A stretch of DNA of 61,471 nt from Trichinella spiralis (Eukaryota), in the NCBI RefSeq assembly GCF_000181795.1, contig NW_003526948.1, forward strand, positions 2,844,327-2,905,797. The letters run 5' to 3'. How positions within the stretch are numbered: position 1 is the stretch's first letter; every line of letters begins with the position of its first letter. Shown piece by piece: positions 29,001 through 41,000 of this stretch. Made by a program: the position numbers and the translations under genes. The notes beneath the pieces were generated by a model. The model had not been told where the DNA came from. It did not search any database and saw nothing but the letters and a program-made list of their open reading frames with translations.

Positions 29001-32000
29001 TCTGTTGTTCCAGTGTTCTTCCATTCCTATTCATCATCCTATATCATTTAGCAGTTGTAGTTGAAGAAAGCTTTTCGCGACAGTTGTGTTGTATTGTTTC
29101 AAATTTTGAACAATTATTTCTCAACAAACAGATATTTTTATTCTCTTCTGAATAGCAAGGGTGAATAATTAATTTTATATTTAAAGAATATTAAAATAAA
29201 ATTTAAATTCTGGAATAAATTCGGCTGCAGTGATGCAAGCAATATCATCAAGTTATATAGATGGATGGAACAGGTTCAGAGAATGATTCTAGTCGTGCGT
29301 GGTATATTATGAATTGAAATCTAAGCAAAAACTGCTAAATTTTATTTAAACTAAGCTGGAAGGTTTATTTTTCACTAGCAGTTATATTTCTTTTGCATGC
29401 AGCATCTGCTTATATAAAAAGCATATATATAAGATCATGTAACAGATTTTTGAACATCACCACCACTAACAACAATAGCAACAACAACAACACAAGTATG
29501 AAAGAACCAGCTAACGTCATTGAGAAAATCTTTTTTATTTTACTAAATTTTAGCCGTTCAGAGAGAGAGAGAGAGAGAGAGAGAAGAAATGCATTTTGTC
29601 CAACTTATTTATAATTTGGTAAACATGAGGCGAGCAGTCGACTAGGCTAGCTAGTTCTATCGCTTCAATGCGGCCTGAAATTGATTGGCAATGCTCAATT
29701 AACTATGCCTTTTCCTCATCCGGTCCGTATTAGAGGTATCACACAGAGAAGAAGCCAAAACATCATCTTCTCCGCTCTTACTGCTTCAACGGCCCAGTTC
29801 GAGGCATAAATTTGATCCAACTCAAAACTAGCGCTGGATAGTGCGAAAAAAGGGCATGAATGAAAAAAACCATTGCGCTTTGATTGCACCATCATTCAAG
29901 AATGATGAAGTAAGGCATTTTCCAAGTCATTCTCTCTCCATTGATGATGCTGATGAAGTTTAAGGATTTTTCACCTTATAAATTGGAATAATAATAATAT
30001 TTTAATAATAATATTATTATTGTTCTTTTTGAATGTCACTGAGGTAATAGGATCAAGGTATCAAGGTGTGGTAATAGGATTTTTCTTTTTTTTATTAATT
30101 TCATAAACATTTTATCACATGTGTTGTACCACCGGCTAGCTTCAATATTTACAAAAGAAAAGTAGTCAATTTAACTGTAGCAGATTTCAAATTTGTTTCT
30201 ATGAAGTCGCAAGTCACATAATTATATATGCATATTTTTGTAATTGTTTTGCAATTTCATCTTTATTGGTACATTGCTTTCACAGTTGGTTAAGAAAGAG
30301 AAAATTTTCAATTTATCCTGGATTAATGGGTAGGTCTTTCCAACTGTCGTCTGTATGTTCACTATTTCCAGTGGTGATGTCATCAAGCGGCATTTAACGT
30401 TTGCACATGCTGCGGATATTTGAAATTTTTTAATGAAAATTAAATATTTGATGTGAGTTTGTGTGTCATGTTTTTATCTGAAATTTTCTCCATTTGTCAA
30501 CTTCAACACAACGTCAGTGGAGTTGAATTTTTTTCAAACGTTTAACTTGTAATTTATCGCTTACAAAAAAGTAAACGAAAAAAACAGAAATTACTATAGA
30601 AGAAAAGCCATTTGAAATTAGTAAGTTCATTAGATGTTTGTCTGTTTGTTTGTTTCTGTTTTTCTTTTTGTGGTTTCAAAAAAAGGCTATTGAAGAGGTG
30701 AACTGCTGTTCAGTAATTATTTATAATTAGCATTGCAGAAAAGTTGATGCTTTTCAGCGGTATTTGCTGTACGATTAAATGTGAGCACAGTTGAACATGA
30801 ATCTCACATTTTTTAAATAAATGTTAACTGAATACAATAACGGCCGAATATTTTCATGATGGTCGTCGCATTTGCATTTTATCTCGGGGTCATTTGCTGC
30901 ATATGGATTGTTACGTTATTTGTTTGTAGCTTGAAAGTAGACCTAGAAAACAAAGTTCATTTTGTATATTGATTGATTGATTGATTGATTGATTAAATCA
31001 GTGAATTGTTTAATTTTATATAGTTTTATTTTAGATTAGTATACTCTTAGAGAATTGTCGGAAAACTAGTCAAAAAGTCAAGTAGTAGTAAATATTTTGC
31101 TCGAGTGCTTGAATTGCAAAAGAAATCGTAGCAATTTTGAATAAAATAAGGTGTTAATGGCATTTTAAACTCATCTTCATCATCACTAAATCCACATGTG
31201 CATATGTATAAATATAGATTTTATGTCAGCCATGAATTGAGATGATATATTAAAAATGAAAATTTCCTTTTTAAACGATGTTTCAACATTGATCAATGGA
31301 ACGTCATAGAATTGGCGTTGATTATTTTGTCCAGAATTCTTTCCACATAATAGTAAAAAGAAAAAGTTTTGAATTTAATAAAATCACAATACCACTGATA
31401 ATAATAAGGCGATTAATTATATCTATGGGCATAGGAGAGCAGTGTTAAATTTCTTTTCCAAAAATTTTGTACTTTTAAAACTGAATGTTTTAAAATGTTA
31501 TATAAAAATGTTTTCCTCGAAAATCTGAGAACATCACTTTGACAATTTTGATAAAAATGCGTGAAATATTTCTTCTTATTGTTTACTTTTATTCATTGCC
31601 TGCCGCGTCACGCTTCGACAACAGCTGCTTCAAATGCAAAAGCTGCTACCCTGGCTTCTTTGTTGTTGTAAAGCAGCAGAGGGGCAGAGAGGGGTAAATA
31701 GAGAAAGAGTGTGTGATATAGGGTAGGGAAGAGGCTTTTATATTGAAAAACAAAAATATTTTTATCCACAAGCAGTATTAGATTAATTTTTTCCCTTATT
31801 TATATATTTTTGTATTTTAAAAAGAGAAAACATTAGATGCATTGAATTTAGTGAGAATTGATTCAGTGAATCATTTTTTGTTGAGCAATTTCATTTCATT
31901 TGTGATAAATAACGTTGATTTTTTACCGCAAAAAGGTCCTTATAATAGATTTTCTGTCATTTTATTTAAGAAAAATTAAGCAAAAATAATAACTTTCTTT

Positions 32001-35000
32001 ATTTATTATTTTTTCTACTTCAATTATATTTGAAGTTTATAGCTCGAAATTGATAAAAGTGAAAAAAAGATTTTTTGCAACCAACAATTACAACAACGTT
32101 TTCAGCTTGATAATGCTTATCATCACAATTCCGCGCCCCACAATACTAAGTAAAGCATCGAGCTGTGTGCTTGTGTGTGTGTGTATACCTGTAAATTGAA
32201 AGCTTTCATTTTTTTTTCTTCTGTACGGAAAATAGTGTAAATTTCCAACATCATGCGTCGAGATTTCAATGTTCAAGTGAGAGAAGAACTTTGTCATTGT
32301 TTCTAAATTTTACCCAAAGTAGTATTTTTTTTTCTCTTTTCCCCCCTCTTTTATTTTTTCCGTTTAATTGAATGAAATCATTCGAAATTATCAGCGTTGT
32401 AATGTTTTATTTTCATTTTTGTATAGAAGATTATTAATTTATTCATTTCGATTTAGTTGGACTGCATTCAATTCTTCTTTTTTCTAAGTTCAAGTTGCTA
32501 GCAATTTGTAGAAGATATTTTTACCAGAACATAAATTAATAATTTTCTAATTATTTCAATCAAAATTAATTTCAATTTTTTTATGGTTTATAAAATTCAG
32601 ACAACTTATTTGAAAAGAAAAATGTGATTCCACCACGTTTTAGCGACGAATTTTATTGTCTGTTTTGCATTTTGCGATGTTTCAAAGTAGGAAGCGTTTC
32701 CACATCCTCATATAGCTGGCTAGAAATTTATAAAGCCATAAATTAATTTTTTTGAAACATGGAAAATATATGGCTTTCAGTTTTTTTAATCTGACATTTT
32801 TAGTACGATAAATATTTTATATTTCCTGAAAATTTGAACGTAATAATAATACAGTTTGATGGAAATAATAATTTTTATAACAAACAGTTAATGCTTTGAC
32901 TGAAATGAATAATTGCGTATATTAATAAATATGATTGACTAATTTTGATAATTAACGAGAGTTGTATAGCAAGTAAATAGCTGGGAGAATTTATTTCACT
33001 ATAATTTTGGTAAAGTTTATTTTTAAAAATTTTCCTTTTCTTTTTTATTCATAAATGTAGATTCATCTTTCACGTTCTCTTGACGTTATTGATTATTGCT
33101 GTCTATCATCATTATTTTATTACAAAAAGAAATTTTTTTTTGAAATAAATTCTAAGCTCAGTGCAATGAATCTCTGTTCAACTTATATCACACTTCATTG
33201 TTGAAATGGTAATGTGGTTGGAATAATCTTATTTGCATAAATTCATAATTGTAAAAGGTATTTATTTGTTCATTGTTGAAGCAAAACTCTTCAGTGACTT
33301 TGTGTTCAGTTTAATTTAATGACTTGATGTAAACAAATTCTACGTCTCGTTCAGAGCTTACACAGTATGGTTAAAATTTTGTAACCTTTTTGTGATTCAA
33401 AAGTTTATACGGTACATAATGTTGAAATAGTAATTTATAAATATCGCTGGAAGTATTTCTTTTTTTTATCTTAATAAGCAAGCGACAATTTTTCTTTTAA
33501 ATTAATTTTAGGGGTTCCTTTTCCTTAGTTTAACAAATTATTAAATCCGTTGAAATTTTCAACTTTTATTATCCATGCGCATCATCTATAGCTGCTGCCG
33601 CTGTGGTATACAAATGTTTAGTGAAATAAAAAAACAAGTGAAATATTTATTATTAATATATTAAAATTATTATACTTTATTATTAAAAAAAATTTTTGAA
33701 GGACTTGTTTGCTAAAAAGAGCACAAAGATTTGGAATACAGTTGTTTTCTTTTATGCCAATAATTTGTACATTTTACCCTAGCATTCTTGAATTTATTCC
33801 ATTTTTACAGATTTATATGATATTTGTATAATTCCAGTGGTTTTGGATTTTTTTCAAATTATCTTTTAAGTACTGTATTGCAATGCACTAATAATAAGTA
33901 CTTTATTTTCTTTCTCTACAACTAGAAGGTGCAACTCAATTTTGAAGTAGATTATTGAAATTTAAATTTTCTATGCCTGATCACGTTATATACTTTTTTT
34001 TGGTTTTTTTTGAATGCATCACATCTGCAGCCGCTTCAGTCACCAAACTACACAGGCTTCCCTGTTTTCTAGTCTAGTTGACAGCTTCTCTGATCAATTA
34101 TTTTCAGCATTAGTGGCAGCATTGACTCTGCTGCGTCATCATTCTTTGAAAATAATTAATCAATATTTAGCCTTTCTACTGCTCGGTTATTTTAAATCTC
34201 GTGTTATTTTTCTGCTTAGAAATTGCCATAATAATGATAATAATAATAATAATAATGATAATAATAATGCAGACATGGTTTTCACTTTTATTTGTATGTA
34301 TATATAAATTATGAAATAAGGGAAAATGTAAAAATCAGTAATTGTGAAGCAAATTATGTCATCACAAATTATAGTTTATCGTTTATCAATTTCATGTTCA
34401 TTGATCAAACGTATTTATTGATTAAGTAATACTTTTTCAAAGTTGAGCAGTTCTAATTGTCAATTTTATTATTCTTTCAAGACGTGAAATTAATGAAGAA
34501 ATTCATTTTCTAATTTTTGCCAATTGAGAATAAAGCAAAAATAAAAGAGAACTGCATTTCATGCAAGAATAGATCCGTTTTTCCTTAATAATAATAATAA
34601 TAATATATAAATCATAATAATATTATTATTGATGTTTCACATTTTATGAAAATGTATCAATTTGAAAAATTCATTTCATTTCATTTCACAATATGCGAAT
34701 ATTTCCTGTAGGAAGTACATTCTTGATACATTTGAAAGATATTTCTTATTTCTTTTGGAAAATATTCTTCTGCTGCAAATGAAGTAATTTGAAAACAAAA
34801 GAATCGTTAGAACAAAAAAGAGAGAAGAAACAATTTTTTTTTCCTTTCGAAATTTAAGAGCAAATCAAGGTTTTGGTGCATAAAACCTTTTCTCAATGCA
34901 TTGCTGGAAGTATTCAATAATAATTTTGCCATTTCAGAATACATTGTAGATTGCAGTTCAGTTTAAAGAAATAAATGTCTGATTGTATTGAGTTGACAAT

Positions 35001-38000
35001 AAAAATAAATGCTAAAATACCGGCAAAAAAAAAGTTAAGAATGACCATTTGAAATTGTTGATCAGAAATAATTATACCACGTGAAGTGATAATTGATCTA
35101 TATTCAGTAGATTATTTGGGAAAGAATGTTGCCAAGAGAATGACTTTTTTTTAATTGCAGTCTAAATTGCAATGTACAATAAATAACATCAGAAGTAATG
35201 GAAAAGAAAAAAATGGAAAAAGAGTTTATTGTCTGATGTATTAAAATTAAACTTGATCAACTCTAAAATTGCCGTTCATTTACTGTAGTTTCCCGGCTAT
35301 GTCTTAGTTGTGTTAACGGTAGCGTTTGCATCTATTAGTTCATTGGCTTAGTTTCCTACGGGTTGGCTGTGGTATTTGCTAATTGTGCGCAATGTCAGAA
35401 GAAGACGACTTCAGTGCTGAAGTGGAATACGTATCAGATAAGGTTTGCAATATTCAATCCTATCAGATCAGTGTTGTGAAATTTGTTCTTTTGTTATTCA
35501 GTCAACATCTTACATATACTTTTCCACTTTTCACATCTGGTGTCTTTTCATTATCAATTTCCATTTTCAAATCAGTGATTAATTTATATTTTCATATCGA
35601 AAATGGAACTTTTCAATTTTATGAAATTTGAATAAGACTTAATTTATGAAAAATATGTTGTTAGTTTATATGATTTTCATCAGAGGCGAGGCAATTGCAC
35701 ACAAACACACACAATATCCATGTTGACATTGCATTGCGTGTTCAACATGAATACACCACTGAATTTGCTCTTTTTCATAGCTGCTAGATTGATTTCTCCT
35801 ATTATTGCCAGTTCATTGCTTCTGTTACGTATCTGTTTGATTTCCAAACAAATGAATTTTCTTCTTCATCAACATCTGATCAAAACTTTCATCTTACTCT
35901 GTACTACTTTACACTATTCTTGTTTTTTCTTCTTCTTCTCAAATAAAAATAAATAATTTTTCATTAATTTATTTCTATTTTCTCATTTTGCTCACTGCAA
36001 ATATGTAAGAAAGCGAATCAATATGCAAATTAAACACTGTTGTTAATATGAATGATGAGGTTTTTATTCTCTTTGATATCAATTGCGATCAAAACCCTAT
36101 TTGTTGATATTCTTGTTTAATTTGATGCATTCGAACAATTAATATTCCATGTCACTGTTCTACAGGGTAGTTCAATTTTAAATAATGATTGCATTCGAGT
36201 AAAATTTTTAATGTTCAACAGAAATCAAATTGTTAGCATATCAAATCTGAATATTGGTTGAAATTTTTCCTTGGAAATGCGTAGAATATTTTGCAATTGA
36301 ACAAAGCGAATATAGTAGGACATTTGACGGAGAAGAAATTTCTTTTCGAAACTTTCCAGTACAATGTGGTTTAATTAGTGGGGGAAAAAAATAATTTTTT
36401 TCTTTTTAAATTAATAGCTTTTGAATGCAGCGTCCTTTTTGAGTCAAATGAAATAATTCAACGGTGAAATTGTTCTTCATCACCAAGGAGAAATGGAACT
36501 TTTGTGAAAGTTCTCACCTGTGTGAAAAGGTTCTTTGATGTGAAATTTCATTCTAAAAAAAGTCTCCTGAGAATTTTTCTCTTGAATATCTGCTCTTTGT
36601 TGGTATGAATAGCGTTGCAGGTTCTTATTTTTCATTCTTGATAAAAATTTCCATTTTTCGCACATTCTGCTTTTACTCGAAGGGAAAAAAGGCGCACGCT
36701 TTTCAAAAGTCAATAAATCATCTCCTTTGGTAGCCAAAAGTCAAAATTTGGCTCCTCAACTTGGTGTCCCGAGTTGGTTGATATTTTTCAAATTTATTAT
36801 TTCCAAAATTGAATCCAATCCAATATTTGTGTAAGCTTTTATTATTGGAGATTTGAAAAAAGGATATTTTTCATTTTTGCAGCTGACTCTCAAAGCGGCA
36901 ACAGCACCCATCAGTTGAATAGCAGGCAGAGTTTGGTGTGTAATGAAAAAATTTTCAAATTTTGTTTTCTACACCTCATCCCATGGATAATAATAATTCA
37001 ATAATGCGCGCATACAGGCGTTTGGTTTTCATACGCCCCCTGTAGATTAAGCACAGTTGAAACAATTTATTAATCAATCTTAAGCACAAGTTGTTTGTCT
37101 GGATTTGCAATTTCCCTCTTATCATTATTCCAAATAATAATAATAATGGTGAAATTTATTCTTGATTTCACTTAAGAAAAAGAACAGCAGAAAAGAAAGT
37201 GATCCAATTTTGGATAAGTTATAATTGATCAAAATTATAAATTTGTGAAAGATCAGTTTTTGATTTAAATTTGAATTCAGTGCAAAAGCAAATAATATTA
37301 TTATTATTTGCATTATAGCGAGATATTTTTAACTTTTAATAATCACATGTAATCTTGTTTTTTTCATAAGTGTAGAGCTGATATTGTTATTGGAAGGAAA
37401 TTTTGATGTGCAGTCGATTTCATTTCAAATTATAATGAAATGAAATTTTTTAATTTGTATTTTATGCAAATTTGCGTGTTTTCGATCGATCGATCGATCG
37501 ATAAATAAAATTATCGACATGATTTATTAAAGAGTGTTGAATGGAAAATTTGCTAATTATTTAAAAACATTTCTTCAACCTAGGAAACAAAATTATTACT
37601 TATTAATTTTATTTTTGAAATTGAAAATTTCCTTGTTTTTCTGCAAAATGCAACTGCGAAAATGTCAGTTGGAAAATGTTTTAAAAATCTAAAATTTCAT
37701 GTTTTCTGAAATTTTCATGTATAAAAATTATTGCAGCGTTTCACATTATCATGTCAACTGCTACTTATAGTTGGTATTAATTTCCCTCTTCCTTCTTTTT
37801 CTTCTTCATTTGAATTTCAAATCGACCACGGCAATGTCCGATAAACTTACTTTGCTTTTTCTTCAGCTTTTAATAATTCTCTTATTATGCATATATATTT
37901 TTTATCCTTTCAATTTTCACACTCAATTAATAACAGCAACACCAACAACCTATTCCTTGTGTCTACTGCACCAGTAGTGTACTATATTGCGCATTGCCAC

Positions 38001-41000
38001 ACTTGTTATATGAGCTTAATTTTTGCAGAAATATTTAATATGATTGAACTTATTTTCTTTCATAATTGATGACATTTTTACTACTTTTTAAGCAGCATGA
38101 TGCTGTTTTTGTATGTCAAATAATTTGAAATTTGTCATCAATTACGAAATTGCTTTTTTTCCTTATTCATCAATTAGAAATATGAATTTTTGATTCTGTT
38201 GCTTCAATTATTTTTATATGGATATCATTAAATGGACAGCTTGTCGATTACTGACATTGATCTAGTAATTATGGCAAGTTGAAAATGTTCCATTTCAAAA
38301 ATTGAATGCGTCATAATATTTGGTCATTTTTGACGAAACAGATATTCAGTTCGTTGCACTTTGAAGTGGTATTGTTTTTCTGATTGGAAAAGTTGCATGC
38401 GCTTCATCATCATCATCATCAAGAGAAACTGTGCGCATCAGCTTGTATGCGATTCATTTTTCTGTGGAAAAAATATGCTTTTCTGCTTCACTTGCACAAG
38501 GTTTTTGTATAAATTATTTCGCATATCCGTAATTTTTTTTGAAAAGAATTATTTATATTCTGCTGAATATTCAATATTTTGCTGTTGTTCTGATTTGAAA
38601 TTTGAACTTTTATTCTAAAGGCAAGAAAACCAATAAACTTGTGAAATTGATATTTTTTTGAAATACGGAACTTTTTTTAAATTTTACTTTATCGAATAAT
38701 ACATTCAACTTTATTTGTTGATTCTTGTAAAAAATTGTGGGAGCATTTTCCACTTGGAACAATGCAAAAATACATCAGTTGCTGTGCAGTTAGTTTTTTT
38801 GACATTCATATTTTCTTAATGTGAATAATTTTTAATTTTTATTTTTTCAGGAGTTGATGACTGGTGATGCTCCTCAGAGAAATTGGTGGGGAATTGGAAT
38901 TGCCCTGCTAGTCATCTTGACAATAACGGCCATCATTTCAGTTACAATTGTTCTATTAGCTCCGAGTAAGTTTTCATTTTATTTATTCATTTATTTACTT
39001 ATTTATTTCAGACTTTGCATTTTACGTTTCATCATCAAAATAATAATGATAAAATATTATTATTATTTATTTAGTCTTGAGAATAAGTAGTAAATAAAAA
39101 AATTAAATATTAAGAGATGTTGATTAAGGTTTCTTCTGATATTTATTGCATTGTATAAATGAAAAACTGCTGTTCATTTCAGTCGATCATTTGATGATGA
39201 TCACTCTTTTGTTTTAAGATTCTGACAAGAACAACGATAACGTCACTCCACTCACAATTGAAGATATTGTTCATCCAAAAGCAAATGAAGTAAATCCTGG
39301 CATTATATGGTTATCAGGTATATTTTATCTTGTTAATATATTATTTCAATACTTTTAATTGTTGTGATAATTAATTTTTAGTCGATACTTTTGCTTATAA
39401 AGATGCAAAATGCAATATATGGTTGGTGAGCATTTATAATCATCAAATCAATCGAACGTTGTTAATTGACGATCGATCTTGTGTATGTTATTGTTGTTTT
39501 TTTTTGAATATATATCATATCATATAATCTAATTAACAATAGAGAAATAATATTTTAGCAAAATCGTCATATCGTTTCATACAAACCTTCTGCAACTGCC
39601 CAATACATTGCATTTTCCTATGAAACTCGTCAGGTATGAAAACGATTAGCACGATTCATGTTATCGACAGTTTTTTTAATATACATTTTTAATCTTTTTT
39701 TTTATTAAAATCTTCACACTTTAAGATTATTTAAGTTCTAGCTTCATCAGTATATTTTTGGTACCTCAATCGATAGACATATCTGATGAAGGCTTTATTT
39801 CATTTTTAAAATATTATTTGTTAGCAACAATTTGAACTTGAAAATTGTAAAAATCTTTAGTTATTTTATTAACAGTAATTTTCAAAAATATCATTATTTT
39901 GTTTCTTTATACTGTTTTTTTTCTTTATGTTTACAAATGTCAAGACATCATGATATAATGTTAAAATTTTTTATTCAAATTTAAATTTATTAAATAATTA
40001 TAAAGAACATGTTTTGTACAACATTTTTGTGTACTCTTATTTTACGCTTTACAAATGAAGTAACAGTCCTGTTGTGAACAACAGCATTGCAAGTTTGTTT
40101 GAAATGGTGATTTTAACCATTTTGAATGATGATTCATTCATTGCAGCGCAGTGCAAGTCTAAAAGTATCTTTTCAGATATATAGACACTCAGAAACTTCA
40201 TTATATAACATTACCCGCGTGCCGATCTTTTATGATAATTAGTAAGTGTATTTTTTTTATTTTGTAGTTTGTAAGGCAACGTTGGTCAACTTTAGTGAAA
40301 GTGAGAGTTCTCAACAGTCAGTAAGTGTGGTTGTTCAACGAATGCATGTAGATGGTTTACTTGTTAATTGTTGATCAGCTTGTTTTCATATTCAAATTTT
40401 AAATCTGGGCTTGTTATTTACTATTTTCACTTGGAAAATTGTATGACCTTTGAGAATGACAAATATATTCAAGTGAGCAGTGTTATTAATTATTAACGTG
40501 AATGTGGACTGTTGAATGAATGGAATGTTTGTGTATTAGAATGCCAGTGTTGTTTATTACTTATCTTTTTTGTAATTTATTCATAAAAGCCTTATAAATT
40601 TAAGTTTTGATTATCCAGTTGGTCCAAGCAAAACTGGTGACGAATTTATTCAATTATTTCTATGGAATTCGCAAGAATTATCAAACGAATTGGTAAAAAG
40701 CAGAATAAAAAAACATTTTTGTAAAATCATGTGCTACTTTTAGGTGTATGTTTATCAAAATAATATCTATTATCAAGCAAATGTAACCGCTCCATCTGAA
40801 CAAATCACATTCAGCGGTGTTGAAAATAAAATATCAAATGGCATTGCGGATTGGCTTTACGAAGGTTTTGTTATATATATATATATTTTTTTTTTGGTCT
40901 TTGTTTTTGGTTTTCGTATTTTCACAGAAAATTGTTCTTAAATTTGAATATTTTTAGAAGAAATTTTCGGCACACACAAAGCAGTATGGTGGTCTCCATC

